A stretch of 62,000 bases of DNA from Diadema setosum (GCF_964275005.1 NC_092705.1:1798001-1860000); one strand, 5' to 3'; positions 25,349 to 40,138 are shown, numbered from the stretch's first letter. Notes: generated by a model from the sequence alone, not told the origin. Program-made: numbers and translations.

Positions 25349-26542
25349 GCTTCTCCCTATCACTCCTCACTTCCACTCAACATCGGCGGCGATCCTTTCG
25401 GAAGAAACATGAACACGCCGTTCCCGTCTCACCCCCCTTTGGTTTGTCTTTGTGCAAAATAAGACCTCCCTTCCGATCGCGACGAAAACACCTCAAATGC
25501 TGGCTTATTCCAAACGCTCGCCAATATCACTAATGACCAAGGCCTCTATTCCGCCGTCTGATGTGACACCGAGTGGATTAGATAACAATGCAGTCGCCGT
25601 GAAATGCTGCGTGGACATGCCCACGCTTCCCTGCGTGCAAATGGCTGCACCCAAAGTTTGGCCGAGGGAGGATGGATCGGGGGGAAAAAATGTATATATC
25701 TATATCAGAAGAATACATCCCATCCAAAGTGGTTCCGTAGATGAGAGTGAGATGCGATGATGATGAGGATTGTAAATGGTGGTGGTTGCACAGCATCCGT
25801 CTCTCCCTCACCCCGTTCTCTTCTCCCTTCTCTCTCTCTCCGTCTGTCGTCGTCTCCCCTACCGCTGCCGAACAATCAGCTCGGTGGTTGGTGCGTAGAC
25901 ATGCTAATCACGCTGTGACGCATGCATGCATAGCTCTGCAGCACGGGAATCCTAGCCTCCCCCTTTCCTCTATTGAGCAATCTCCTCTCCTCTCTCTCTC
26001 CCTCTCTCTCTTCTCTTTTCCATCCAAAGGATGCTCCATGGATGTGCACATCATCATGTGGTGCTGGATTGAGCTGGTCGTCTAACCGCATTGAACATGG
26101 GCCAGCTACATTCACTACCCCCTACAGTTACCCACTCCAATATTAAACACACACAGTCTCCTAGATGTTGGAACAGATCAATAAATGCAGCTGATTTCAT
26201 CAGGGTTTCTCTTTTGTATCATTTTCCCCCCAAAACTGCCCTCTCTCCCACCCACTGATTTTAACAGTTCTTTAAAAAACTAAATACTGAGTCCATTTGA
26301 CTAAAAGCGCAAAATTTCCAGGATACTGTTACACAGAAAATATTCCTTTGCACTTCCTGATAATTTCTTAGGGTATTTGTCCATTTCTGATGACAGCAAA
26401 GTGAATATATGAATGTGAAAAAACAACAGGTAATGCAGGGTTGCCAATCATTACCATTCAAAATGAAGGATATTCTAAAGATCTAACAGGGAGATACCTG
26501 TGGTTTACATGCAACTGAATGTGCCAAAATAACGACGACAAG

Positions 26543-26737
26543 ACACTTGCTCCTCCAACAATTGCTTCAGTCTTATTTTCTCCAAGGACTTCCAGTTAGG
26601 GCTAGGATTGTGAGAGAGTTTTAGGTTTATTTTGATGTGAGGATTAGGATTAGGTTTAGGGTTATGTTTGTTGGTAGAATTCATGTTTGGTTTTGCATGC
26701 AGCTATTTCATGGGAGCAATTGTCGCAGGAGCAAATG
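26543..26737. mobile_element. Short inverted-repeat element with a degenerate TTAGGG-like core
   Basis: ACACTTGCTCCTCCAACAATTGCTTC ... GGAGCAATTGTCGCAGGAGCAAATG flanking GTTAGGGCTAGG...GGATTAGGATTAGGTTTAGGGTTA. Confidence 0.55.
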
Positions 26738-27701
26738 AAACCCAACATAACACTTTAATCGAGGAGGTTTTTATTTTCCATTATTGGTATCTGAAAAGAC
26801 ATTTTGATTTTTAGAGTACCTCCTGCAGAAATCAGAATCTCGAGGAATACTTACAGAAACAGTGATCGTCAGTATGAAATGAGAAAAATAAACAATTCAG
26901 GCAAGCACATAGTATCAGCATACATTTCCTAGTTAACAATAATGATCAATGGCAAAACCTTATCAGAGATTTTGAACAGTGCAGGAACCTTTGTAGCTAG
27001 ACTGAAAGGCTTTTCGGTGCATGCATCACAGTCATCACATACTCGTGATGATGCTGAAAACAAGGGAAATCCTATAAATTCAGCCCATTTGGATACTTCT
27101 CTTTCTTTTTCATATGTACATTGTGGAAGATTTTTAGGTTAGCTCAGCAAAGCCACTACAGACTGGATCCCCCGATCTAAATATATGCCAACTTCTTGGT
27201 GTCAATAGCCATGCGCATCCATCACATTTTCAGATAATTTGGTGAGCATGCATCCAAACCGCATAAGGGCGGATTGCCATATCTCTGTGGTGGCGAATGT
27301 TCCAGAGTATGTTTCAGCGCAGAGCATAAATATTCACGGAGGCACTCCTCCAGATATATCGCTGCATTGACGACAACGACAAACGATAGAGGCCCCGAGA
27401 TGGGAGGCTAACAAATTGATGCCTTTTGTTTTAACAGCACCTGACAGTCAAGGGTATGTAGCGAGAGGGAGAGACCGTAAGTGTAAGAGGAAGGCATTAG
27501 CTATACTTGTATCTTCTACATGAAATTTTAAACAAAATATGACATATGCTGAGAGAAGAATGAGGAAATTAAATGAGGAAACTTCGAAACAAATGAACAA
27601 ATACACTGAAAAACAAACCAAAACAGCGACAGGATCAGCTACAGAGATGGAACAATTCAGTGTAAATGGTCATGGTAGTCTCCTCAAATCGCTGACATTA
27701 A

Positions 27702-28084
27702 AGGGGCTGTACAGTACTGGTTGAGGTGGGGATTCATGTTTCGAACATTCTTAAGTGAGATAATGAGAAACCTCTTATGAAATGTGAAAGAGCATGTAAT
27801 TTTAAGAAGGATTCAACGTTTATTTGATGAAAATTGGTTTTCAAATGGCTGAGATATCCAAAAAAGTGATAATAATAAAAGGCGACAGGCCACAACTTTA
27901 TTAGGATTTCTTTGTTTCACCTTGTTTTTGCATATCTCGGCCATTTCAAAACTGATTTTCATCAAATCAACTTTTGATACCCCTTAGAATTACATGCTTT
28001 TTGACATCTCATAGAGTGGTTTCTGAATATCTCGCAAAACGTTAAATGCTAAATCCTCACCTCGACCAGAACTGTACACACCCT
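27702..28084. mobile_element. 383-bp Kolobok-like foldback MITE with TTAA TSD
   Basis: TTAA|AGGGGCTGTACAGTACTGGTTGAGGTGGGGATT ... AATCCTCACCTCGACCAGAACTGTACACACCCT|TTAA. The two halves stay imperfectly complementary over most of the length. Confidence 0.85.
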
Positions 28085-28603
28085 TTAAGATGAGAATTAC
28101 ATCATTCAGCAGCTTATGATACTAAAACAGCTATCAACACCCTCCCAAGGTGTCTCCAGGAGATCCGACAGAGGAAGGCTTTCGGCGTAGAGCGTGACCG
28201 TCCAAATTTCTGTTCACAGGAAGCAAACCAGGAGGACGGGAAGATGCATTGCATTTTCTCAGAATTCTAATGAGCCATGTACTAAATTACATTAACATTC
28301 ATGCACAGGGCATCACACTCTGCGTGCAAAATCGATCTCAGTCCGTGAACCCGCATTTCTTCATAACACATTCCAATGGCTGAGATGCCATATACAAGGT
28401 AAATGTGTTTGTGAAAAAGAAAGAGTCATTTGAGCTCAGAAACAGATTGTATGGGCTCTCCTTTTCTACTTATCACATATGATGCTTTTGTAAGGTAAGA
28501 CTCTGCCCCCCCCCCCCAAAAAAAAAAAATAAAAGAAATCATCAGTTATGAAACAGAGGGATGTCAGAGCACTGGAAATTTTAGGATGGAAAGGCCAAAT
28601 TAA

Positions 28604-28688
28604 CCCGTTGAAGACAAGTCCCAAGTATACTCGGGCAGATGTCTAAGGGAAATGCATGTTGTAGCAAAATCAGCCAGTCATCAACGGG
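28604..28688. mobile_element. 85-bp piggyBac-like MITE, copy 1
   Basis: TTAA|CCCGTTGA ... TCAACGGG|TTAA. Confidence 0.85.
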
Positions 28689-29994
28689 TTAAGTCTTACT
28701 TGATGGAGTGTGCTTTAATTTTCAACCAAAAACTTGTGAATGCAGAACTGTAATAATCAAATTTCTTCTTGAGGCCTCTTCCTCCCCATCCCCCTCCCCC
28801 CCCCCCCCAAAAAAAAAATCCCCCATGTCTGTTCTCCCTTGTAATCTTGAAAGCACAATATTTCATGTCATAATGATATCTTTACATTTATTCCGGAATA
28901 CTTGCATCGATATACGAGGAGGAGCACAGAGTATCATTTCCATGCCATGCTACTGGTTATTTCTCTGAAGGCTAACATTTTATATCCTCATATGTATTGT
29001 TTAGTTTCCCATTACCGTAATACCCCAGGCCTTACAGCTCCCCCGACTGCACCATCTAGCTCTTTCAGCTTCACCGGAAGACATTAGCAGTTAACGGCAG
29101 CCAAATGCATCCACAGCTTGTCTTTATTACAATCTTATTCTTTAGCAATATTTTGATCACTCTACAGAGAAATATCACTGATTTCAAGGAAACTGTCAAA
29201 AGGATGGTCTTTAAATTTTCATGGTCTTCATCTTGCTGTCACTCCCAAATCCTTTTTATGGAGGAAAAATTGCCAATTTTTAAAATGTTTACTTTGCTAC
29301 ATCTTTGAAAAAGATTTTTATATAACAGATAATGATCATCCTGCTTGTAATACAACTGACTTATTTTGCTTGAGTGAAGCAACAGACTGGAAATCTATGC
29401 AATGTGACTATTTTGAAAAACAAGTCATGTCTCTATAATCATTCTACACATCTTGTACAGCATCAATTATGTCTCGAGTTTTGCAAACAATTTTAGATAT
29501 TTTGTGTGTACATGTTTAGAATGAGAATATGTATTCTTGAGAACTGTATATTGTCAAGTTATAGATGTAAGAGATGCTGCCTGCTACCACAATTACACAT
29601 CAATTGAAGGTTGGTGCAGGAGGCAGAAATTTACTGAGGATACTTGTCCATGGCAAAACTAAGAAAGAGGTAATAATATATGCATCTTGCCTATCTTCAG
29701 CTGTGAGATAAACAACAGAGAAGACGACATTGTTTCTCCTCCACAACATGCAGTCAGACCTAGAGAATGTAACGGCTCCGTTTGTCATAGATAGCATTGA
29801 TCAAATACATGCATTGTTTATGCACGATCTGAACCATGACATTTTGGACTCAGGGGGGCCCCCAATCATTGGCTCTGGGGGAGGGAAGTACAGGCGGAAC
29901 GGCAGAACGATAGAGCCGATGAAGGGATGGGGAAAGCGCTGCGGAAAGATGCAACAGCAAGGAATGGAAATGGTTCTTACTTCCGTTGTCTGCT

Positions 29995-30375
29995 GATTAT
30001 GATGTTGTCAATGACAACATGAAAGACAATGATGACAATGCCAATGATGCTGACAATGATGATGAAGGTGAAATGATTATGTTGATAATGATGATGATTA
30101 TGATGATAGTGATAATGGAAAATGTTGATAATAACTGTGGTAATGGTAAACAATAATGATCTTAAAATTTGCAAAATGATGAATATGATGGCAGTGCTGG
30201 CAAACGATCATAACAGAGGTGATGATGACAAATAATGATGATGGTGACGATGATGATGGAGATGATGATGATGATGATGATGATGGTGTTTATAACAAAT
30301 GATGACGATAGCCATGATGAATGATGATGGGGATAAATGTAAACAATAATAATGGTGGACAGAGATAATGATAAT
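29995..30375. repeat. Degenerate (GAT)n low-complexity tract
   Basis: Dense GAT/GAC/AAT triplets, with a pure GAT run around 30260-30285. Confidence 0.85.
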
Positions 30376-33265
30376 GCTACATGATATAGTTTTTCACAAC
30401 TACCAGAGATCTCATCTCCACCTTGCCTACCTAATTCAAAGTAAGTTTTTCTCTCCCTGGTCCTCAGAATGTATTTCTTCTATTTCTTGATATATCTTTT
30501 GAGGATGCTACCAAATATGTCTGTTCAGTATAATCTGCCACCCCCCCCCTTTCACCAAATGGCACAGAGATTGCTTGGATTATTGAAATTGCTTCCACAA
30601 CATGTGATGAAATTGGTGACTCAAGAGACAACATTCCCTGGCAGCACGTCTCTTTCTCGTCTGTTAATCTGTATCGGTTCTTTTGGACATGATGAAATGG
30701 ATTACAGAAATAAATGTCATATTTCATTAACAACAATTTCTAAATTCAAAACTCTCTTGCTTTAAAAACTCCCACTCTCTATCAAACTTAGCATCTCACA
30801 TCGGAAGACATGCTGAACTCCAACTCGAGAAATAGATGGCACTTGATACAGAGCTGAATGGAAGCCTTCTTACATTCCTTTCCTACTTTTCTTTGAATGT
30901 GTGTGTGTGTGTGTGTGTGTGCGTGCACACGGACTTGTGACGTCTTTGGTTGCCGGGAGATCCAAAAGAGGTCAAACCTGTCAGGTCAGTGTCACATTAG
31001 GACCACAAATTGGTTGCGGTGATGAGTTTACCACACAGGGGTTGTCACTTGAACCAACATTGCTGTTGTTTATACCCTGCGAGGATGCTTTGCTACTATG
31101 GTTACTTACTGTGTTTCAGAAAGACAGAGAGAGAGAGAGAGAATGAGCAAGAAGTAAACACATATCACTTTCTTTTCATTCTGACAACAATTTCATTTAA
31201 GGAGTTCAATGAGTCTTGAGAACAACCTAGAATCAAATACGATGTAAACGTCCCTTGGCATTGAAATTGCCCTGCTTCCTCTCACCTTTCATCGTGCAGT
31301 ATTCATTCAGTTTGATGGAAGTAACAACAACCGAAATCAGGTGGGGAAATATAAATTGTTTTGAACAAATTATTTTTCCATCAACTTGTTCACGAAATTT
31401 AACTCATTTCATTTGCCCACGAAAGTAGGATTGGGGGGGGGGGGGGAGTGGGAGAGAACTAAATTGTTCTTCACAATCCCTCTCCTCACACAAAACATGA
31501 TTCTGCATTTGAGAGTTTGGAAGTAAAAGTGATATTTTGCTTTATGTCAGTGAATGTTGATTAGTGTTCTTTGTTATGTCTAATCCCCTGTGACGAAGAT
31601 TTGACTACAATTCATTTGGCCGACAATCAGGGAGGGGGAAATGGTGACTGGAGGGCATAGCTTTTGTCTGCTGCCATGCTCAAGGACGAACTAGACATAC
31701 AGCAAAAATTTCTGATTGAATTTTATTCCCCCTTGATCTCCACGAGGCCTGCAATTACTTCAAGCTTGTTACATCCACCCACATACGTGTTTGAATACTG
31801 ACATCCGTTTACGAGCACTGACATTCAAAAGCATTTAAAAAATATGACACTGACGCATTTTCTCTGAATGTGTCCAAACGTCATGGATTTCACACTATGT
31901 CGCATTCATCGTCCCACGACTAATACAATGCAAAATTCATTTTTGCTGATACACCATGGCATCATAAACTGCTTTTTGATAATGAAAATGTCCTAAGAGA
32001 GCGAGAAAGAGAACTGCAAACAACAAAAGCATCCATATAAAATTAAAACAGAACTGGGGGGCACATGAACTATGAGTGGATTTAGACTTGAACAGAATTC
32101 AGTGCACATTAATCATGTCTCACACACATTTCTAGAGCAGCGTCTCAAAGTAAAGTAAATGTATCAGTGAATACCATCCAAGTTGGACAGATTTTTATTG
32201 TTGTTGATAATTTCCCTTATTTTCTACCATATTTGACTTGCAAGTCTTCCTATTTGTAATTCATGTTTTTATGGCTTTGAGAGATGTGTGTGTGTGTTTT
32301 GTTTCCATTGTTTTGTTTTCTCAGCTGAAATATCAAGGCATCATTTTGCATGAATTCTGTACGATGTGCATTGCATGGACAGTCTTAGGAAACTTGGCAT
32401 ATCGGAAGGATCAAAGAACTGATCCGGACTGATACAGTGGGTAAAGTTTAGGGGGTCTGGGTGTTATAATTATCTTTTTATTTTTATTTTTTTTTTGCAA
32501 GTCATTCAAAATACATAAGTTCTCATTGATGCCCATCATGGCAGGATGTTTGTTTGTTTCTTTGTATCAGTTTGTATGTTTGTCTGAAATTTGTATTAAC
32601 TAAAAATCAGTTCAGGCCATTCTCCCAGGGGGATGTACGTCACAAAATTCTTGCCATGACGGACAATTTGTTCTCACATTACTTTCCCAGTCCTCAAAGC
32701 CGGAGTCTGTTTCGATAGGAGAGATGGCTGTGAGGGTCATCTCAGGACCAGATTCCACACTCAAGACTGAAGTGGGTGGGACGGTATCAAGTGATGGCCA
32801 GCTAAAAGTTGCATTTTATGCATTTTAAAGTAGTGGAATGACATCCACTCATGTGAGTGTGTGTTTGTGTGTGTGTGTGTGTGTTTGTGTCTGTGTATGC
32901 TTTTTTTGTTTGTTTTTACTCATTATATAGGTCATATAATTCCCCACGGGACTGTGGTCTACACAACTTTTAATTCATTAGGATTATCACCCTCCTCCCC
33001 CCCCCCCAAAAAAAGGACAAAATTGACACATTCTTATATTTTTTTATATGTAATACATCAAACCATGCTCTGCACATGACATGATGAAACACTGAAAAAA
33101 AAAATTGAGAAAACATGATAATCCATCTAACAAGAAGAACACAAATTTTCCTCTTGGATGAAAGGAAGAGAGACTGAGAGAGAACAAAATGAGAAAGGTG
33201 AGAATAATATGGTTGGCCCTGATGTTTGCCATGACTACATAGTGAGTCATTTTCTACGTAAGAAT

Positions 33266-33315
<50 letters not shown>

Positions 33316-36300
33316 ACAGTGATGGTCATTCTTTTCCTTACTCATTCAGAGAGTTGGGGCCAATACAGAGATGAAGCCCACCATGATACCCCAAAATTAC
33401 ATTCAAATATTACTCAAAAACTTTGTCCAATTTGACTTTGTGCTATAGTCTTGTACGGAAAAGAAAACGCTGAAATCAAATCAAATCGAACCAAAATCAA
33501 ACGCATGAGATGAGATGGGGAAAGATGGAGTGCATCCTGAAATGTCTACCATCTCTGAGATGACAATTGCTCCTTGATGCAGCGTGGTATGGATCTATCA
33601 TCCTTCCCTCCAACCGCTTCCAGAGTCTTGCATCAAGGAACTTTGCCGCTGCTACCAAATGCATCCGGCAACCATCCAGACCCCAGTGGATTGGTCTTTG
33701 CACCAGCCAATTATGCAATGTATGAATTATACATCCATTGATGCTTGGTCTTCCTTAATGTGGATGACGCCAGAGCATTCACTACCACCCCATTTGTCAA
33801 ATCCCTCAGGAAGTTGGGGGGGGGGGGCAGGGGAAGGGGAACCAGGGGGAAAACCTGCTAAATTGCCTTTCATCATTGACTTTCCGTTAGATACACACAA
33901 AAAAAGACACAAATTGCATCTTTGTATCATGCTCAAATTCTCTCACCACAGCCGTTAACCCAAAAGCACATTATGTTAAGAACATTTTGATGTAGTTGGG
34001 GAATGGTCAGGTTTATCCATTATCAACAGGGCCACAGAAATCTCATGAAGAACTCTGAAGACATCCTTTTAAACTTTACAAGTACATCATTTCCAAATGC
34101 TTCATATCAGAGGAGCATCCTGGAGTAGCGCTTATGGTGAATTGGCAGCAAATTTGTAAGAAACATTTGGAAGCAAACATGTTACATCATAGATATGGTC
34201 AGCTCTGTAAAATAGTACTTCAAAGCAAAACCATCACACAATATTTCATTGGCTAATTCTTTGAAATACATATGACATCACTCATATAACTGCAAGAACA
34301 AGCAATAAATAGCTGATATGAATCACAGAAATTAATCTAAGGTGTTACAGCATGGCTTCAATAATACCCTAGCAAATCCTCTCCAGAAGGAAGTGGTAAC
34401 AATTGCAGACTCGTTATCATCGCAGCTGCTATAGCAACAGCTGTAAATAACTACATGTTACCATGGCAACTGAAATACCCTCACCTTGACCTTGTCTCAA
34501 AGCAAACAAGTCCGTCATCATTATGTGGGGCAAATGGGTTTGCCTTGACCTAGACATCACGTATGAGACACTTCTGGTATGTCCCACCCACTGCATTTGA
34601 TAAAATCAACAACATTTTGTCCAATTCCCTCCCCCTTTTATTTGCTACGCTGCCATTGTTGCTGTTGTACTTCAGACCTGAACAAAAGTAAGCTACACCT
34701 GAAACACAAAAACAGGACTGGAAATGTCAGCATGAACTTTCATGAAGGGGCCTCCGAGGAAGAATGATGCATAATGCAATGTTACCATCTACACTTTTTT
34801 TCAAGTGAATCTGCCACTAGAGGGCAGCATGACCTCTTCAGAGAAAGGCCAGGGGGACATTCTGCGTACACATGCGCTCTTGGTCTTTGGCTCATTCACA
34901 ATATACAGACAGACCAGTTTTATGACACCTGTTATATGCAAACCCTCCACCCCATACATGCATAATCTCATAACTAAGGTAGTTCCTTAACCCTGAAAAA
35001 GCTTGCTGGAGGCTTGCCTGACATAGCAACAACTTCCTACCAGCTTCCAAGTATTTGATGTACTTCTGTAGAAAAATATGTGCTTGCTAGTCAAAATCAA
35101 TACAGTATTAAAAAAACAAACAAACAGTAAATCAACAAACTGGTATTTCAGGAATGGGTGCATATTTCTGCACAAAATAAATTGTGTAGAACAGTGATAG
35201 ATCACATAGCACCTACTGCATCAAACATCCATTTACACTGTGTGTTTTGTTTGAGTAGTGATATCAATTTTAATATAATCTGGATTGTATAGACTTTTTC
35301 TTAATACTAAAAACCAAACAAACACATTAAAATCATGTCAGCTCTTATTTCTTTTGGGTTTTTTTTTCTTTAGCACATATACATGGCAACTATATTGGAT
35401 TCATACTTGGTAAAGGACAAAACTAATGTGTTGGGTTTTTTTCTCTCTCTCTCAAAATAGTGAATACAATTTCTCAGTATGCCTTTATAAGCATGATTTA
35501 GGAGAGAAAGAAAACAACAAATGTTTCAAAACAACTGATGTTTAACAAAGCCGCTAGAGCTGAGGACGGTGTGGCATAGCACCTGTAATTGGGAATGCAA
35601 TCTTTTTCCAATCAACAACAAATTTGATCAGCCTCTACGATAATAGGCTGTGAAGGCGTGTCATATTATAATCCAATCACGGGGCCTCTTTGGAGTGCTC
35701 GAATGACACCATCACATTTTCATGACGTCTGCGTTATGTGTTTTAAGTCGACGAGGGAATCTCTGTGTGCAGGATTAGCATCCAAGCACCATGCTTCTGA
35801 ATTGGCATTATTTTGCATTGCCTTTTATTTTAGGTAAGATCAATCTATTCCATTGCAAATCATCTTTGCAGTAGATATGTTTGACTTGGCTTCCGGTATA
35901 ATGTTGTGAGTGATTGCAATTGTGATGCAGTGTAAAAAGCTCCAGATTTATGATGCTCGCCCAATAATGTCAGAATATGGCCAGCTTAGTTTTGTGCTTT
36001 CAACCAAGTCTCTATCTTACTTCAAACAAACACAGCATCCTTTTGTTTACACCCACTATGAAAATGATACCAACAAGTAAAAATGTAAATCACAACTGAT
36101 AGTCAAGCAACACACTGCCTCTGTATAGATTATTTGCTTCTAAATGATATAAAAAAGGTATGATAGTACCAGTACATATTATGAGAAATTTGATGACAAA
36201 TATCAAATACTGAAGAAAATAAATTCAAACACATTGAAACATGGTGAAAGTATCAAGAGCAGATTAATGAAACTGTGTAACATGCATATAACCAGTGTCT

Positions 36301-36941
36301 TTTCCACTGATAACAGCTGCCAGCAAAGTGTAAAGCAAAAATATTTTTGTGGCATGAAATTTTTGTAACAACTCATTGAACTGATATTTACCTGAAATTC
36401 AACAAAAACCCAATAAATTTACATTTCTCTCATTTTCATTTATACAAACAAATGTTGGAGTGGCTGCCACTTTGCATAAAGATGTGTTACACTAACCTGA
36501 TACAGAGTTAATATATCTCTCATCTTCATAATAGACATGCATTTTCATCTTCATAATGCCCAATCTTTGATTCCATCACACCTACTAATTTTACAATATT
36601 TCATCAGGCACACTTCATCTGACATCAGATAAATAATGAAGAATAAAAAAATAAACCTGGAAGCTCTTTGAAGCCTTTTTATATTTTTGCAACTGAGACA
36701 TTTTTTCTTGGAGGAATTTTTCCAAAATTCTTGAGTGAGGATTGGTAAGGTAAATTCCAGTGCATATAGATAATGCATACTACCAAAATTGAAAGCACAA
36801 TGATAGATCATGCATCAGAATAAAGTAAATGACATCCTGTTGCAGACTCTATGATTGATTACCTATCCAAATGCATACCCACAGGTGGAACTGCTTATCA
36901 GAAAAGCAATTACCTTTCATCAGCCATGACATAACTTTTAA

Positions 36942-37284
36942 AGGTATTGTTTACCACTGGGAGCAGTGATTTAAAAAATGTTCGAGTTATCACATTTGAT
37001 GCATATGCATATTTCAGATGTATCACAAAACATCCTACCATATAAAAATTTTGAAATAAATATAAGGAGTTATTACTATTTTTCTCACTAAACCATAACT
37101 ATACATGGTTTAGTCTAGAAACAATTTTATTATAACTACTGTTCACATTTTGTACATTTAACATAGTTAACATTATGACTGAACTTTTTAAACTGGTTGT
37201 TTCTATCCCTAACTCACATTTTAGAACTGTTTTTAAACACCAAAACTGGGTTTTTGTTTCATCTGCAAATGATACATGATGCTT
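36942..37284. mobile_element. Degenerate Kolobok-like element
   Basis: TTAA|AGGTATTGTTTACCACTGGGAGCAG ... TCTGCAAATGATACATGATGCT-TTCA. Right end decayed. Confidence 0.4.
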
Positions 37285-38815
37285 TCAATCATTAAAGGGC
37301 ATCACAGTTGTGGCTTCTAGCATGTGTTTTCCCCCTCTAACCCCTACATGTTAAAAATGTTGTCCTTTTACTGTTCCCTTCTGTCATGAATATGGACCCA
37401 ATAAAAGCTTTGCCATGCAACATTTGGCTAGAAGTATCCAAAACTGTTCTAGAGCTTTAAGGTAGGAAGGGGAGGGGGGGGGGGGGGGGCAGAAGAGGGA
37501 TGGCAATGCTGCAACTCCTCTGTAGATGCTTGTCGGCAATGCTAGAAAACGGCTCCATGAGTAATATCCAATGCCCGTCGCCATGGTAACCCATCACTCC
37601 CAGAAACCAGGGCACGATGCCCTGCATAGTTTATTCATGAACTTAACGAGAGAGAGACAGAGAGAAAAACAGGTGGCAGAGACATTTTGATGAGAAATTC
37701 AGTGAGGCCTGGGTACTCTATCCATCTCTCCCCTCCCCCTTTCTTCTTCCCCTCATCTCCCCTCCCCTTCCCCCTCCCCCCCCCCCCCCACTCTTCCACA
37801 GGCAGGACTTCAAGACTGCAGCACATTATTGACAGATTATTATTTCGAACATGATTCAAAAGTCTCAATGAGTAAAAACAGAGAAGTGATTATAAGAAAA
37901 ACACCATCACAATTAAATGCCGTGATTACACCAGGCGTGATCATATGGAACCAAATTTGGATGCATCCTAATTCATACCAGCTACCTGTTCGCATCAAGA
38001 TGAGAAGATGTGCACAGTGTGCAGTTGTGCAACATTGGGATCTTCTCAAGTTTATGCTTCAGGGACCATCATCTGTGGGATATGGTACAAACTTCACTTC
38101 CCTTTCAACATTACACAGATGAGAGCATCACGTGCCATAGGTGCCGCGTGCATGCTTTCTGTTCAGCAAATGTCCGCCCCTTTGTGAGTAAGAAGACATG
38201 TTTAGAATTCAATGTCCTGGTATTGCGTACGTGACATTTTCCACTAAGGAGCCTCCCCCTTGGTGCATTGAGCATGCCTTAACTGCATAAATGTTCTTAG
38301 GGGGCTATAACACATTGAGAATGTATTGCATTGTGACACTGACTTCCAAGAACTCTGCATTGGGGGGGGGGGGGGGAAAGAGAAGGAAATGTGGGAGGGG
38401 CAGCATTTGCTTTTATGCTTCTTGTTTGGTTAAGTAATTTATGATTCACACTGACAAATACATCTAGTATCAGTAGCACATTTTATGTGATGCTCACTTG
38501 TAGACGGTTCATTCAGTCCTTTTTGTCTCTCAGACAAAAATGTGGACAATACATGCAAGGTTTCCTGCATGTTTACCTTATACCTCCTACGCTATGCTTT
38601 TCTGAAATCAACCCTGTAGGTACTCTGATATATGCGTAGGTGGGACTGCATACATTGACTTTGAAATCATTAAACAACAGTCAAACAAAGCTTCCATTCC
38701 TCTTCAACCTCTTCATGGCAAATCTTTCAGTTCTTTTTCTCTGAACACTAATGTCATGAAAGATCATCTCACAGAAATTACTAAAAAAGAAAGACAAACA
38801 TACTTTTTCATTTAA

Positions 38816-38900
38816 CCCGTTAAGGATGGACTGATTTTGCTACAACACGCATTTCCCACAGACATTTACTCGAGCATACTCGGGGCTCATCCTCAACGGG
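38816..38900. mobile_element. 85-bp piggyBac-like MITE, copy 2 (opposite orientation)
   Basis: TTAA|CCCGTTAAGGATG ... CATCCTCAACGGG|TTAA. Internal GATTTTGCTACAACACGCATTTCCC is the reverse complement of the copy-1 interior. Confidence 0.85.
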
Positions 38901-38918
38901 TTAAAAAATATCAATGCC

Positions 38919-39100
38919 CAGACCTCCCAACCTTTGTGATTTAAAAATAGGGATGATTTGGCTCAAAAGTAGGAAAGAAAGAGCTGTTCCTGCAGGAGTG
39001 TGTAGTAAAATTATCAAGAAACATTACCAAATGAAATAAGAGCTGCAGATGGTCAAAATTCAGATTCTTTCGTCTAAATTAAAAATGGTTGCGAGGTCTG
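38919..39100. mobile_element. 182-bp MITE with CAG termini and 6-bp TSD
   Basis: CAGACCTCCCAACC / GGTTGCGAGGTCTG (one mismatch). AATGCC at 38913-38918 and 39101-39106. Confidence 0.8.
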
Positions 39101-40138
39101 AATGCCGCAGATCGTGGAATCGAAGAAAAAATGCTTTCATACTCTGAGTTAAAAAATGATGCTACTATCAACACAGCATCAGATAACAGATAAACATGTT
39201 TTGTTTTGTTGTACCCCTCCCCCACCCCATCACAACCCCCTCCCTCTTCGAGCATTTCTCTTCGTGAAGCATTACTCCCGTTTCCGTCGTCTCGGAGATC
39301 CCATATGCAACCAATCGTCTCTCATCACAAAGTAATCAAGCATGGAGGAAGAGAAACCCAATATATGACTAATGCGCCGCGCGTCGTGCTTTCTTCACCA
39401 CGAAATTGAATGTTGTTGCTCCAGGCTCTTAAAGGTTTGATCAGACCAGGTTGAGGCAGACAGGTTGTCTGGATAAAGGAATCAAAGTTAATCACGCACA
39501 TTCTGTACATCATCAGTGACATGATTAACAAATAATTTACTCTGATGAATCCTCTTTCCAAATGACTGCACAATGATTGTATTATGAAATCACAAAATTC
39601 CACTGAGAATTAATTACAGTTTTTGCTGTAGCAGAATGTAGCATGATGACATTCACATCATATGAAGTAACAGCATGCATAATCCATGTAATTTAATTTA
39701 TATAGAATAAATCCTTTAGGTACTACATATTTATAATACCTTGGATCACAATATTACAATAACAAGACAACAATTGAGAAAGAGGAACTACAAATCCTAC
39801 AAAAACAATAACAATGGCCTGTCCTGTAATTCATTTTACAGCGAGAAATGAGATGCACTTGAAAATGCCACTAAGATGCCGAATGTATATGAAGGCCGTC
39901 TCCACTCAATGTGGTGACCAGAGTACAGGTGCATGATGGGATTTCGATACAGACAGCAGGGATGAGCACATCTTTGCCATCATCTCTCACGGTACGGAGA
40001 AAGTGATGGACGGCTATCGAGTGTTTCCGTTAGTTGCATCCATCATTGCGGATAAACTCGCAGATGAGCACCGACTTCACAGCCATGAGAGTCTCCTCGA
40101 TCGTATGTACAATGCACTTCATCAACAGGGTACATAAG

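Noticed and set aside
26595..26665. TTAGGG-like run as an interstitial telomere
   Set aside because: Few degenerate units enclosed by inverted repeats; better explained as the interior of a small transposon.
29981..30196. 216-nt minus-strand segment with AG acceptor and AA|GTAAGA donor, open in phase 2-2
   Set aside because: It lies in a degenerate (CAT)n tract where open Ile/His-rich frames are expected by chance, and the acceptor is weak.
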